Source of the DNA: Flavobacteriales bacterium
GTDB taxonomy: Bacteria; Bacteroidota; Bacteroidia; Flavobacteriales_F; PHOS-HE28
Reading direction: 5' to 3'
NCBI GenBank assembly: GCA_020635655.1
Contig: JACJZI010000005.1
Span: forward strand, 74,036 to 138,035
Length of the DNA: 64,000 bases
Both the position numbers and the translations under genes were made by a program. The notes below the pieces were generated by a model. The model searched no databases. It was not told the origin of the DNA and saw nothing but the letters and a program-made list of their open reading frames with translations. Each line of letters begins with the position of its first letter. The first letter of the stretch is position 1. Of this stretch, positions 18,268 to 27,392 are shown one piece after another.

Positions 18268-19428
18268 ATGGAACGACCGGGCACGGAAAGATCCCTGAGG
18301 GCGATGGCCTGGATCCATCTGCGAGGTGATCCGAAAGCGGTCCTGGGATCGTCGGTGATCGCACTGGCCCTATTGGTGGCCTTGTTCGGCCGATGGATAC
18401 GTCCGGACCACACCGCATGGGCGGACGATCAAATGCTGGGCATCAAGGACCAGCCGCCGGGTTTTGCTTGTGAAATACTTACGGTCCCTGCCACCACGGT
18501 AGCCGGGACCGCTGAACGGATACCTGTTCATCATTGGGCGGTCGAACTGGGCGATCTTGTTGTGGAGACTTTCAATGGCCACAACGACCTCGTGCCTGGA
18601 GAGCAGCGCGTCTTCGGCCTGCAGGATGTGGCGAGCGGCATGCTGCTCGATGCCACGGACACGGCTTTCGCCACGTTCGTCCGGAAACATTTCATCGAAC
18701 GACGGCATTTCGTGCTCGGTACGGACAGTTTCGGTCGTGATGTGCTCAGTCGCCTGATGGCCGGCACGTCGATCTCGCTGGGCGTGGGACTGATCGCCGT
18801 GCTGATCGCCTTGTTGATCGGGATCCCCTTAGGCGCCACTGCCGGGTATTTCCGGGCGGAGGCGCCCACGTTCCGGGTATTCGGCCGCACGTTCCGGTGG
18901 CCGGTGGACGATGTGATCATGTGGCTGGTGAACGTGGTCTGGAGCGTGCCGACCCTTTTGATGGTCATCGCCATCACGCTGGCCCTCGGGAAGGGCTTCG
19001 TGCAGGTCTTCTTCGCCGTGGGCCTGACCATGTGGGTCGAGGTGGCGCGCGTGGTACGTGGGGAAGTGGTCCGCGTGCGCGAGATGGAGTTCGTGGAGGC
19101 GGCGAAGGCGCTGGGCTATTCGCCGGGCCGGATCATCTTCCACCACATCCTGCCGAACGTCATGGGCCCCGTGATCGTGATCAGCGCGGCCAACTTCGCC
19201 ACCGCCATCCTCATGGAGGCGGGGTTGAGCTTCCTCGGTATCGGTGCCCAGCTGCCCATGGTGAGCTGGGGCGGGATGATCCGGTCCTACTATCCCTACA
19301 TCACCACCAGTCTGCCCCACCTCGCACTGCTGCCCGGTCTGTGCATCATGGTGCTCACCCTGGCCTTCATGCTGGTCGGGAATGGCCTGCGCGATGCGCT
19401 GGACACGCGCAGCATCACGGGACGCTGA
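18268..19428 (+). CDS. ABC transporter permease, DppC/OppC-like (orphan: no ATPase or binding protein nearby)
   Basis: GTDSFGRDVLSRLMAGTSISLGVGL and the EAAKALGYSPGRIIFHHILPN (EAA loop) motif. Confidence 0.85.
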   Translation: MERPGTERSLRAMAWIHLRGDPKAVLGSSVIALALLVALFGRWIRPDHTAWADDQMLGIKDQPPGFACEILTVPATTVAGTAERIPVHHWAVELGDLVVETFNGHNDLVPGEQRVFGLQDVASGMLLDATDTAFATFVRKHFIERRHFVLGTDSFGRDVLSRLMAGTSISLGVGLIAVLIALLIGIPLGATAGYFRAEAPTFRVFGRTFRWPVDDVIMWLVNVVWSVPTLLMVIAITLALGKGFVQVFFAVGLTMWVEVARVVRGEVVRVREMEFVEAAKALGYSPGRIIFHHILPNVMGPVIVISAANFATAILMEAGLSFLGIGAQLPMVSWGGMIRSYYPYITTSLPHLALLPGLCIMVLTLAFMLVGNGLRDALDTRSITGR

Positions 19429-19440
19429 TCGTGGTGCTGA

Positions 19441-19818
19441 TCAGAATGGCAGGTCGTCCTCGTCGCCGCCGATGGGTTCGTCCGCCGCGCTTGGCGGAGG
19501 TGGAGCGCCAGGACCGCCGGCATCGGCCCCGCCACCCACGCGATCGATCCGCTGTGCACTAAGGCTGAGGAAGTACTTCACCGTGCCATCGCGAGCGGTC
19601 CATTCGCGACCGTTGATGTAGAAGCTGACGGTGACCTGTTCCCCGGGCTTGAACCCGTCCAGCAGGCTCGTGCGCTCCTGGGTGAACTCGATGGGAATGG
19701 GCTGGTCGCGCTGTCCGACGGTCTCAAGCAGGATCAACTCCCGCTTGCGGAACTTGTCGCTGACGTCCTGGGTCTTCCCGACGCTCTTGATGGTGCCGGT
19801 GATGCTGTAACTGGCCAT
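19441..19818 (-). CDS. DUF3127-like OB-fold protein with an acidic SSB-type C-terminal tip
   Basis: ITGTIKSV...FRKRELILLE......IEF......LLDGFKPGEQVTVSFYINGREW......YFLSLSAQRI pattern, then a Gly/Pro/Ala linker ending GGDEDDLPF. Confidence 0.72.
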   Translation of the reverse strand: MASYSITGTIKSVGKTQDVSDKFRKRELILLETVGQRDQPIPIEFTQERTSLLDGFKPGEQVTVSFYINGREWTARDGTVKYFLSLSAQRIDRVGGGADAGGPGAPPPPSAADEPIGGDEDDLPF

Positions 19819-19821
19819 GTG

Positions 19822-20718
19822 CTAGTGTTCGTTGTACGCGAGAAGGGTCATCCAAGCTTCATCGACCCGGTCCCTCTCCAGAAGGGCGTGCGCATGTCGA
19901 TGGAGCGCATCATGGAGGCTTTTTGGATCGCCCGCGTGCTCCTGGAACAAACTGGCGATGGAGGTCGATCGGTGTTCGTTCACGGCGGCCGCGTCCGGTT
20001 CCGCGCTCCGGTCGGCGAGCTTCGCCAGATCCCGTCCGGTCAGGACCCCACTTTCCCGGATGTCCCGGGGTAGGGCATCCACGCCCATGCCGACGTGGGT
20101 GGTGGGCTGCGGCAGTTCGAAGAGGGCATCTCCATGGGCCCTGCAGTAGAAGTGACCGCCCATCCGCGCCACCAGATCGATCCGGCGCTGGTCGATAAGG
20201 CCTTTGTCGTTCAGCAGGTCCTCCCGCACGTGCATCACCAGTGCTTCGCAGATCACCAGGTTCCCGGCCGCACCCGAATCGCCGGTATGTACGACCTGTT
20301 TCACCACACATTCCAGCTGTACCGGGCTCTCCTTCACGCGGAACGGTCGGATGCGCTCGCTCGGGAGCATGGTCAGGCCCGCCTTCTCGAACTCGTTCAC
20401 TCCGGCCGGATATTCGGTGCTGCTCAGCGTGGCCTGGTGCACCAGGTCCCAGGTCACCACGTTGATCACGACCTCCGGTACCGCTTCCACGTTGTGCAGC
20501 GTGTCCTTGGTCGTATTGTCCCGACCCCGGCGGGCGGGGCTGAAGATCAGGGTCGGCGGATTGCTGCCGAAGATGTTGAAGAAGCTGAACGGGGAGAGGT
20601 TGGGCCGTCCCTGTGCATCGATGGTGCTGGCGAACGCGATCGGCCGGGGCCCCACGGCGCCGAGCAGCAGGCCATGCCTTTGGGGGATCGTCAGGGTGCT
20701 CAGCTCGAAACGCTTCAT
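19822..20718 (-). CDS. Flavin reductase-like (FMN-binding split-barrel) protein with a C-terminal helical extension
   Basis: PRPIAFASTIDAQGRPNLSPFSFFN...SNPPTLIFSP. Start set at MKRFEL (ATG at 20718). Confidence 0.8.
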   Translation of the reverse strand: MKRFELSTLTIPQRHGLLLGAVGPRPIAFASTIDAQGRPNLSPFSFFNIFGSNPPTLIFSPARRGRDNTTKDTLHNVEAVPEVVINVVTWDLVHQATLSSTEYPAGVNEFEKAGLTMLPSERIRPFRVKESPVQLECVVKQVVHTGDSGAAGNLVICEALVMHVREDLLNDKGLIDQRRIDLVARMGGHFYCRAHGDALFELPQPTTHVGMGVDALPRDIRESGVLTGRDLAKLADRSAEPDAAAVNEHRSTSIASLFQEHAGDPKSLHDALHRHAHALLERDRVDEAWMTLLAYNEH

Positions 20719-20764
20719 GCCAACTGCTGCAGGATCGCGAAGGTAGCCAACACCCGCGATCACT

Positions 20765-20772
20765 TACCTTTG
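20765..20772 (+). promoter_or_regulatory. Putative -7 promoter box TACCTTTG upstream of tRNA-Leu
   Basis: Matches TAnnTTTG, 19 nt before the tRNA 5' end. Confidence 0.4.
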
Positions 20773-20790
20773 CAGGCCTTTTCAAGACCC

Positions 20791-20872
20791 ACGGACGTGG
20801 CGGAATCGGTAGACGCGCCAGACTTAGGATCTGGTACCGCAAGGTGTGGGGGTTCGAGTCCCCCCGTCCGTA
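20791..20872 (+). tRNA. tRNA-Leu (anticodon TAG), class II with a long variable arm
   Basis: Hand-folded: acceptor ACGGACG/CGTCCGT, anticodon stem CCAGA/TCTGG with loop CTTAGGA, T-arm GGGGG-TTCGAGT-CCCCC. No encoded CCA. Confidence 0.9.
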
Positions 20873-20963
20873 CAGGGGCGAAGTGCACCACAAGCGGACG
20901 AGGTCGGTCCACCGGCGGCCGGGCCCATTGGTATTCGAAACATGACCAACGTCGATCAGGACG

Positions 20964-22316
20964 ATGAACATCGAGAAAGAAGAGACCGGAACGCTAACGG
21001 CCACGCTGAAATTGACGCTTTCCCCCGCGGATTATGATCCCGGGGTGGAAAGCGCGTTGAAGGAACAACGCCGAAAGGCCAACTGGCCTGGCTTCCGTCC
21101 CGGGCAGGTGCCGATGAGCATCGTCCGCAAACGCATCGGTCGTAGCGTGCTGTTGAACGAGGTGGAGCGCCTCATCGGGGAGAGCCTGAACGGGTACATC
21201 CAGCAGAACGAGCTGCGCGTATTGGGCCAGCCACTGCCCAGGGATACCGACGGCACCAACGATTGGGACGCTCACGGGGAGTTCACGTTCGCCTACGAGA
21301 TGGGGCTGGCCCCCAGGTTCGAAGTGGAACTGGACAAGAACGCGGGCATCACCCTGCCCGTGGTGGATGTGTCGGACGAATTGGTGGACCGCGAGGTGGC
21401 CGACATGCGCCGCCGTTTCGGCGATCTGGCCGACGCGGAGGTCGGTGGCGACAAGGACATGCTGCTCGGTGACATGATCGAGCTGGACGCGGACGGTGCG
21501 ATCAAGGAAGGGGGCATTCTTCAACGGGCCACGATCAGCCTGGAATACCTGAAGGACGAGGCCACACGACAGGCATTGACGGGCAGGAAGGTGGGTGATG
21601 AGGTGAGGGTGGACCCCCACAAGGTGAGCCAGGACCACGATGACCTGGCGCGCATGCTGGGCGTGACACATGCGCAGGTGCACGACCTGAACGGGGAGTT
21701 CCTGTTCCGCGTGGCGGAGATCAAGCACATGAACGAGGCCCCGCTGGACCAGGCCCTGTTCGACCGCGTGTACGGCAAGGATGCCGTGACCGACGAGGCG
21801 GGGTTCCGGGAACGCGTGCGTGCAGGGCTCGAGGGCATGTTCCGCCGGGACAGCGAACGGGTGTTCAAGCGCCTGGTGATGAAGCACCTGTTGGAAAGGA
21901 CCGGGATCGAACTGCCTGACGGGTTCCTGAAACGCTGGATCATGGAGACCAGCAAGGAGCCGGTGACCGCGGAGGAAGTGGAGCAAGCCTATTCCAGCTA
22001 TGCGGAGGGGTTGAGGCGCCAGCTCCTGGAGGATGGCATCCTGGAGAAGTATGGTCTGGAGGCGAAGAACGAAGAGATCCAAGCCTTCGCGCAGCGGTAC
22101 GTGGCGGACCAGTTCGGCCAATATGGCATGCCCATGCCCGAAGGGGACGAGATGGCCCGGGTGGCCGGACGTTTGCTGAGCGACAGGGACCAGGTGAAGC
22201 GGATGCGGGACAGCATCGTGGACCAGAAGATCATGCGGCACTTCATCACCCTGCTCGAGCCAAAGGAGCAACGCATGGGGTATGAGGAGTTCGTAAACTT
22301 GGCCCGCAGCAGCTGA
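20964..22316 (+). CDS. tig: Trigger factor
   Basis: N-terminal ribosome-binding region with GFRPGQVP; overall length and position upstream of clpP-clpX. Confidence 0.92.
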   Translation: MNIEKEETGTLTATLKLTLSPADYDPGVESALKEQRRKANWPGFRPGQVPMSIVRKRIGRSVLLNEVERLIGESLNGYIQQNELRVLGQPLPRDTDGTNDWDAHGEFTFAYEMGLAPRFEVELDKNAGITLPVVDVSDELVDREVADMRRRFGDLADAEVGGDKDMLLGDMIELDADGAIKEGGILQRATISLEYLKDEATRQALTGRKVGDEVRVDPHKVSQDHDDLARMLGVTHAQVHDLNGEFLFRVAEIKHMNEAPLDQALFDRVYGKDAVTDEAGFRERVRAGLEGMFRRDSERVFKRLVMKHLLERTGIELPDGFLKRWIMETSKEPVTAEEVEQAYSSYAEGLRRQLLEDGILEKYGLEAKNEEIQAFAQRYVADQFGQYGMPMPEGDEMARVAGRLLSDRDQVKRMRDSIVDQKIMRHFITLLEPKEQRMGYEEFVNLARSS

Positions 22317-22361
22317 TCCTTGCATCTCCGGTCATCCTGCCACCCGATCAAGAACCCATCC

Positions 22362-23030
22362 ATGTTCCCCAAAGACGAATTCCTGAGGTACGCCGTAAAG
22401 CATCGCGGCATTTCCAGTAGCACGCTCAATGGCTACATCACCTCCTCGATCACCCCGTACATCATCGAGGAACGGCAGTTGAACGTTGCCCAGATGGACG
22501 TGTTCAGCCGACTGATGATGGACCGCATCATCTTCCTGGGCACGGCGATCAACGATCAGGTGGCCAACATCATTCAGGCGCAATTGCTCTTTCTGGAGAG
22601 CGTGGATGCCAAGAAGGACATCCAGATCTACCTCAATTCCCCTGGTGGAGGGGTCTATGCGGGCTTGGGGATCTATGACACGATGCAGTACATCGCACCC
22701 GACGTGGCCACCATCTGCACGGGCATGGCCGCCAGCATGGGGGCCGTTCTGCTCTGTGCCGGCTCCAAGGGCAAACGAAGCGCCCTGAAACACGCACGGG
22801 TGATGATCCACCAACCGATGGGCGGGGCCGAGGGCCAGGCCAGTGACATCGAGATCACGGCCCGGGAGATCATGAAGCTCAAGAAGGAGCTGTACGACAT
22901 CATCTCCCAGCATAGTGGGCAGCCGTTCGACAAGGTCGAGAAGGACGGGGATCGCGACTATTGGATGATCGCCGAGGAGGCCAAAGCCTACGGCATGATC
23001 GACGAACTCCTGGTCCGGAACACAAAGTAG
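22362..23030 (+). CDS. clpP: ATP-dependent Clp protease proteolytic subunit
   Basis: DRIIFLG, GMAASMGAVLL (Ser) and IHQPMGG (His). Start at MFPKDEF. Confidence 0.93.
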   Translation: MFPKDEFLRYAVKHRGISSSTLNGYITSSITPYIIEERQLNVAQMDVFSRLMMDRIIFLGTAINDQVANIIQAQLLFLESVDAKKDIQIYLNSPGGGVYAGLGIYDTMQYIAPDVATICTGMAASMGAVLLCAGSKGKRSALKHARVMIHQPMGGAEGQASDIEITAREIMKLKKELYDIISQHSGQPFDKVEKDGDRDYWMIAEEAKAYGMIDELLVRNTK

Positions 23031-23117
23031 TCCGGCCCCCAGCCCTTTCGGGTCGACCACCGCACGTCGTATCTTCGTGCGGCCCTGCCCCGTATGAGGG
23101 TGAAGCGGAAACGCATC

Positions 23118-24359
23118 ATGGAGAAGAAAGAGATCAAGTGTTCGTTCTGTGGCCGTGACAAGCAGGACACGAACGTGCTCATCGCGGGCATCACGGGCCA
23201 TATCTGCGACAGTTGCATCGCGCAGGCGCAGAACATCATCACGGAGGAGCTCAGTCAGCGTTCGCGATCCGAGATCGAGGGCAACCTCATCCTCCAGCGC
23301 CCGGCGGACATCAAACAATTCCTGGACGAGTACGTGATCGGACAGGACGAGGCCAAAAAGGTCCTCGCCGTAGCGGTGTACAATCATTACAAAAGGCTCC
23401 TCCAGCGCCCGGCATCGACCGCCGATGACGTAGAGATCGAGAAGAGCAACATCATCCTGGTGGGCGAAACGGGCACGGGCAAGACCCTCCTGGCCCGGAC
23501 CATCGCCCGCATGCTCAATGTGCCGTTCTGCATCGCGGACGCCACGGTGCTGACCGAGGCCGGCTATGTGGGCGAGGACGTGGAAAGCATCCTGAGCCGG
23601 CTGCTGCAGGCGGCCGATTACGATGTGAGCAAGGCCGAGCGCGGCATCGTCTTCATCGATGAGATCGACAAGATCAGCCGCAAGAGCGACACCCCGAGCA
23701 TCACGCGCGATGTCAGCGGGGAGGGTGTGCAACAGGCACTGCTGAAGCTTCTCGAGGGAAGCACCGTGAGCGTCCCTCCGCAAGGTGGCCGCAAACATCC
23801 CGAACAGAAGCTGATCCAGGTGGACACGAAGAACATCCTCTTCATCTGTGGCGGTGCGTTCGATGGGATCCAGAAGATCATCGCACGTCGCGTGAAGAGC
23901 AGTGCCATGGGTTACAGCGCGAGCCGCGAGAGTGCACGAGTGGACGATGACCACCTGTTGCAGTACGTGGCCCCTTTGGACCTGCGCAGCTATGGGCTGA
24001 TCCCCGAACTGATCGGACGGTTCCCGGTGATCACCTACCTGGACCCATTGGACCGTGAAAGCCTGCGACGGATCCTCACAGAGCCGAAGAACGCATTGAT
24101 CAAGCAGTACGTCCGCCTGTTCGAAATGGACAAGGTCAAGCTCAGCTTCGACAAGCGGGTCCTGGATTTCATCGTGGAAAAAGCGGTGGAGTACAAGCTC
24201 GGTGCCCGGGGACTGCGCTCGATCTGCGAGGCCATCATGACCGATGCGATGTACGAGTTGCCGGGAGCGGCCGAGAAGAACGCCGAACTGCGCGTGACCT
24301 TGAGCTACGCCCGCGAGAAGTTCGATCGCTCGCGGATGAGCCAGCTCAAAGTGGCCTGA
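23118..24359 (+). CDS. clpX: ATP-dependent Clp protease ATP-binding subunit ClpX
   Basis: Zinc finger CSFCG...CDSC, Walker A GETGTGKT, Walker [10 protein letters not shown] and the EGVQQALLK pore loop. Confidence 0.95.
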   Translation: MEKKEIKCSFCGRDKQDTNVLIAGITGHICDSCIAQAQNIITEELSQRSRSEIEGNLILQRPADIKQFLDEYVIGQDEAKKVLAVAVYNHYKRLLQRPASTADDVEIEKSNIILVGETGTGKTLLARTIARMLNVPFCIADATVLTEAGYVGEDVESILSRLLQAADYDVSKAERGIVFIDEIDKISRKSDTPSITRDVSGEGVQQALLKLLEGSTVSVPPQGGRKHPEQKLIQVDTKNILFICGGAFDGIQKIIARRVKSSAMGYSASRESARVDDDHLLQYVAPLDLRSYGLIPELIGRFPVITYLDPLDRESLRRILTEPKNALIKQYVRLFEMDKVKLSFDKRVLDFIVEKAVEYKLGARGLRSICEAIMTDAMYELPGAAEKNAELRVTLSYAREKFDRSRMSQLKVA

Positions 24360-24446
24360 GCGTTCCTCCTTCCGATGTTCCCGAGGGTCTTCAGCCTTCC
24401 CCAGGGGGGGAGTGGCTAACTTCAAGCCCCATTATCCTGAACGAAC

Positions 24447-25286
24447 ATGAAGAAGACCCTGATGACCGTCCTGGTCGGTGGAGCCATGTCCACCCTGAAT
24501 GCCCAGGACCTGCCCAAGCCCAGCCCGCCGGGCCATGTGGAACAGAGCGTTGGTCTCACGAAGGTGAGCATCGACTATTCCCGCCCCAGCCAACGCGGAC
24601 GCAAGGTGTTCGGGGAGCTTGTACCCTTCGATGCGGTCTGGCGGACCGGTGCCAATCAGTGCACACGCATTTCCTTCGATGGCCCGGTCCAGTTCGGCGG
24701 CAAGGATGTGCCTGCCGGAACATATGCGCTGTTCACCATTCCGGGGCTCAAGGAGTGGACCTTCATCCTGAACAGGAACACCGAACTATGGGGCGCCTAT
24801 GACTACAAGAAGGAGGATGACCTGCTCCGCGTCGATGCGGAGCCAGCGACCTGCGGACCGATCGAGACGTTCACCATCGACCTGGCCGACGTAAAGGATG
24901 ATGGGGCGGTGCTTCAGCTGCGGTGGGAGAATACCTGTGTGGGTGTTGCCATTCATGCCGACGCCACCGAACAGGGCTTGGCGAACATCCAGGAGGCGCT
25001 CGCAAAGCCGGATGCTGATTTTCGCGTGTACAACAACAGCGCGAACTTCTACCTGGACCGTGGAATGAACGCGGAGCAGGCACTGGAGTGGGCCCGCAAG
25101 AGCGTTTCCATGGAGAAGAAGTATTGGAACCTGCACACGCTGGCACGGGCGCAGGCGGCCAACAACATGATGAAGGATGCGGTCAAGTCGGCGGAGGAGA
25201 GCATGGCGCTGGCCCAGGAGGCGGGTGAAACAGGTTATGTGAAGAAGAACAAGGACGCCATCGAGCAGTGGAGCATGGACCGCTGA
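24447..25286 (+). CDS. DUF2911 domain protein with a C-terminal TPR-like helical domain
   Basis: Signal peptide; IDYSRPS.RGRKVFG.LVPFD.VWRTGAN, GKDVPAGTYALFTIP and WTFILN. Confidence 0.75.
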   Translation: MKKTLMTVLVGGAMSTLNAQDLPKPSPPGHVEQSVGLTKVSIDYSRPSQRGRKVFGELVPFDAVWRTGANQCTRISFDGPVQFGGKDVPAGTYALFTIPGLKEWTFILNRNTELWGAYDYKKEDDLLRVDAEPATCGPIETFTIDLADVKDDGAVLQLRWENTCVGVAIHADATEQGLANIQEALAKPDADFRVYNNSANFYLDRGMNAEQALEWARKSVSMEKKYWNLHTLARAQAANNMMKDAVKSAEESMALAQEAGETGYVKKNKDAIEQWSMDR

Positions 25287-25331
25287 GCCATCTGTTCCGC
25301 TTCATCGACAGAACATCGTCGGGCGACGAAC

Positions 25332-25368
25332 AAAAAGACCCCGCCTCCATGGAGGCGGGGTCTTTTTT
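25332..25368. terminator. Bidirectional rho-independent terminator between convergent genes
   Basis: AAAAAGACCCCGCCTCC / GGAGGCGGGGTCTTTTT, a perfect long stem flanked by A5 and T6. Confidence 0.78.
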
Positions 25369-25382
25369 CGGTCGTTCCAGGA

Positions 25383-27305
25383 TCAGAAGCGGGTGACCAC
25401 TTGGGATGCCTGCGTTCTGCCGTTCGTCACGTACACGGTGTAGGCACCCTTCGCGAACCGCGCCAGATCGAGCACCATGCTGCTGGTGAACTTCGTGCTG
25501 TAGACCAATGCACCCAGTTGGTCGGTGACCATCAGCGAATAGGTGTCGTTCGTGCTGGTATTCACGTTCACGATGCCATCCTTGGTCGGGTTCGGGTACA
25601 CGTTGAATCCAGGCACGTCCGCGAGACCCTCGATGCCCGCGGTGGGATCCAGGATCGGGCGGATGAGCAGGGCATTGCCGTTGGTGTAGGTGCCCGGCGA
25701 ACTTCCGTTCGAGATGTAGATCACGCTGGCCAGCGAGGGCTGGGGCACCGTGGCATCATCCACCACGGACACATCGTTGGCGTTGTTGCTGCTGTACATC
25801 TCGACGCCGACATAGTAGTTGCCGGGTTGCAGGTCGTAGGGCGTATCGAACAGGATACGGGCGTAACCGTCGGAGATCTCCTGCGCGGTGAGGAAGTGGT
25901 CCTGGCTCGTGGCGACGTACGGTGCGGAGAGGTCATCGGCCACCACGTTGCTGGAGTCATGGATCGATACAAAGAGGTCGGCGTCGACCGAGCTGCCCGA
26001 GGTCACGTACACGTCCACACCATAGACCGTCACCGTCTGGCTGATCGGATAGTAGGTGAGCGCGAACAGACCATCTTCACCATCCGTGTAGGATCCGGTC
26101 CCCAGGGATGTCAGGGATTCGTCGCCCGGATGAACACCGATCCCGTCCAAGGTGTAGGAGAGGTCGTTCAGCTCGAAAGCGCGTTCCGCCATGTCGTCCG
26201 AAGGATCCTCCTCCATCGCGTCCTGGTCGGAAGTGACGGTCAATGCCACCGCGTAGACCCCTTCATCCAGGTTCGCCGGAAGGGTCACGGCCTGCTCCAT
26301 GTTCACGGTATCCCCGGAGTTCACCGTACCGAAGTTCTGACTGGCGCTGAAGGCCGAGCCACCTCCGGGAGCGGTCACATCCACGTTCATCACGAAGTTG
26401 GTCTGGGGGTTGGAACCGAAGTTGTGGGCCTGACCACCCAGCATGAATTCGGTGCCCAACTGTGGGCGGGGGATGCGGGCATATTCCAGGCCGTAGCCCA
26501 CATGCGACACATAGGCGTAATCAACGATACGCTCGTAATCGGGGAGGGAGCTCATAGCCATGTCATCGATGGCCCAGAAGTAATCCCAACCGCCGTTCCA
26601 TTGGAACTGGAGGTACACGGTGGGGCTGTTGGCCGCCGTGGCCGTGATGTCCAATTGCACCAATTGGGCGTTGTACGACCAGCGATCACAGGGCGGGTTG
26701 TAGGTGCTGCCTTGCGGGGTGTCGAGGCAGGGGAAGGGGATGTAGTCGGTCCAGTTCACATTATCGGTGCTCACCTTCACGATGGCCGATTCATAGCCCG
26801 GGATATCATACACCCCGATGGTCGATTCGAACGTGAGCAGCACCGTGTTCTGTCCGGAGCAGTCGATGGGCGTGGTGAACAGGCGGGTCTGCATGTTCGT
26901 CACTGGGGCCTGGGACAGGCCACGGTCGGCATTCGCCCAGATGTAGCCGTTGCTGGCCGTGGTGGATTGGAACGGGGCCGATTCCGTCCAGGAGAGCGAT
27001 GCGGGTTCCACCGCGTTCGGATCGCTGGTCCAAACGAAGGTGACCAAGGGGTCGGGAGGGGTGGTGCCCACGTCGGAGGTGGTCCATCCAGCGGGGAACC
27101 CGCCGGAGAAATCCTCGGTCCAGAACGGTACGGCACGCTCCTCGGAAAGGGCGGGGTCCTGGTGGCCGTGGGTCACAATGGCGCCGCTCTGCGAGAAGTT
27201 CTTCTTGTACGGCTTGCTACCGTGGACAAGGCCCGATCCTCCGGATTGGGCTTGAGCTACGAAAAGCCCGAGTGCGAGCGGCAAGGTGAGTAACGTCTTC
27301 TTCAT
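25383..27305 (-). CDS. T9SS-secreted protein (N-terminal MAM/choice-of-anchor-J-like domain, C-terminal type-A sorting domain)
   Basis: Signal peptide, WTEDFSGGFPAGWTTSD, and C-terminal NVYPNPTKDGIVNVN...YSLMVTDQLGALVY...GAYTVYVTNG. Confidence 0.8.
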   Translation of the reverse strand: MKKTLLTLPLALGLFVAQAQSGGSGLVHGSKPYKKNFSQSGAIVTHGHQDPALSEERAVPFWTEDFSGGFPAGWTTSDVGTTPPDPLVTFVWTSDPNAVEPASLSWTESAPFQSTTASNGYIWANADRGLSQAPVTNMQTRLFTTPIDCSGQNTVLLTFESTIGVYDIPGYESAIVKVSTDNVNWTDYIPFPCLDTPQGSTYNPPCDRWSYNAQLVQLDITATAANSPTVYLQFQWNGGWDYFWAIDDMAMSSLPDYERIVDYAYVSHVGYGLEYARIPRPQLGTEFMLGGQAHNFGSNPQTNFVMNVDVTAPGGGSAFSASQNFGTVNSGDTVNMEQAVTLPANLDEGVYAVALTVTSDQDAMEEDPSDDMAERAFELNDLSYTLDGIGVHPGDESLTSLGTGSYTDGEDGLFALTYYPISQTVTVYGVDVYVTSGSSVDADLFVSIHDSSNVVADDLSAPYVATSQDHFLTAQEISDGYARILFDTPYDLQPGNYYVGVEMYSSNNANDVSVVDDATVPQPSLASVIYISNGSSPGTYTNGNALLIRPILDPTAGIEGLADVPGFNVYPNPTKDGIVNVNTSTNDTYSLMVTDQLGALVYSTKFTSSMVLDLARFAKGAYTVYVTNGRTQASQVVTRF

Positions 27306-27392
27306 CTCAGGTCGTTTAAGGTTACAGGGTTAGACCGAAGTAGTGTGTAAAGGTAGCTGATCGCGGCCGGACCCCGGCCCTTCCCGGAGACC

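Noticed and set aside
22332-24425. 697-aa ORF antisense to clpP and clpX
   Set aside because: It overlaps two unambiguous housekeeping genes. It is a shadow ORF with an Arg/Gly/His-rich low-information sequence.
25401-27293. 630-aa ORF on the plus strand
   Set aside because: It is antisense to the T9SS cargo gene, which has a signal peptide and sorting domain. It has typical GC-rich shadow-frame composition.
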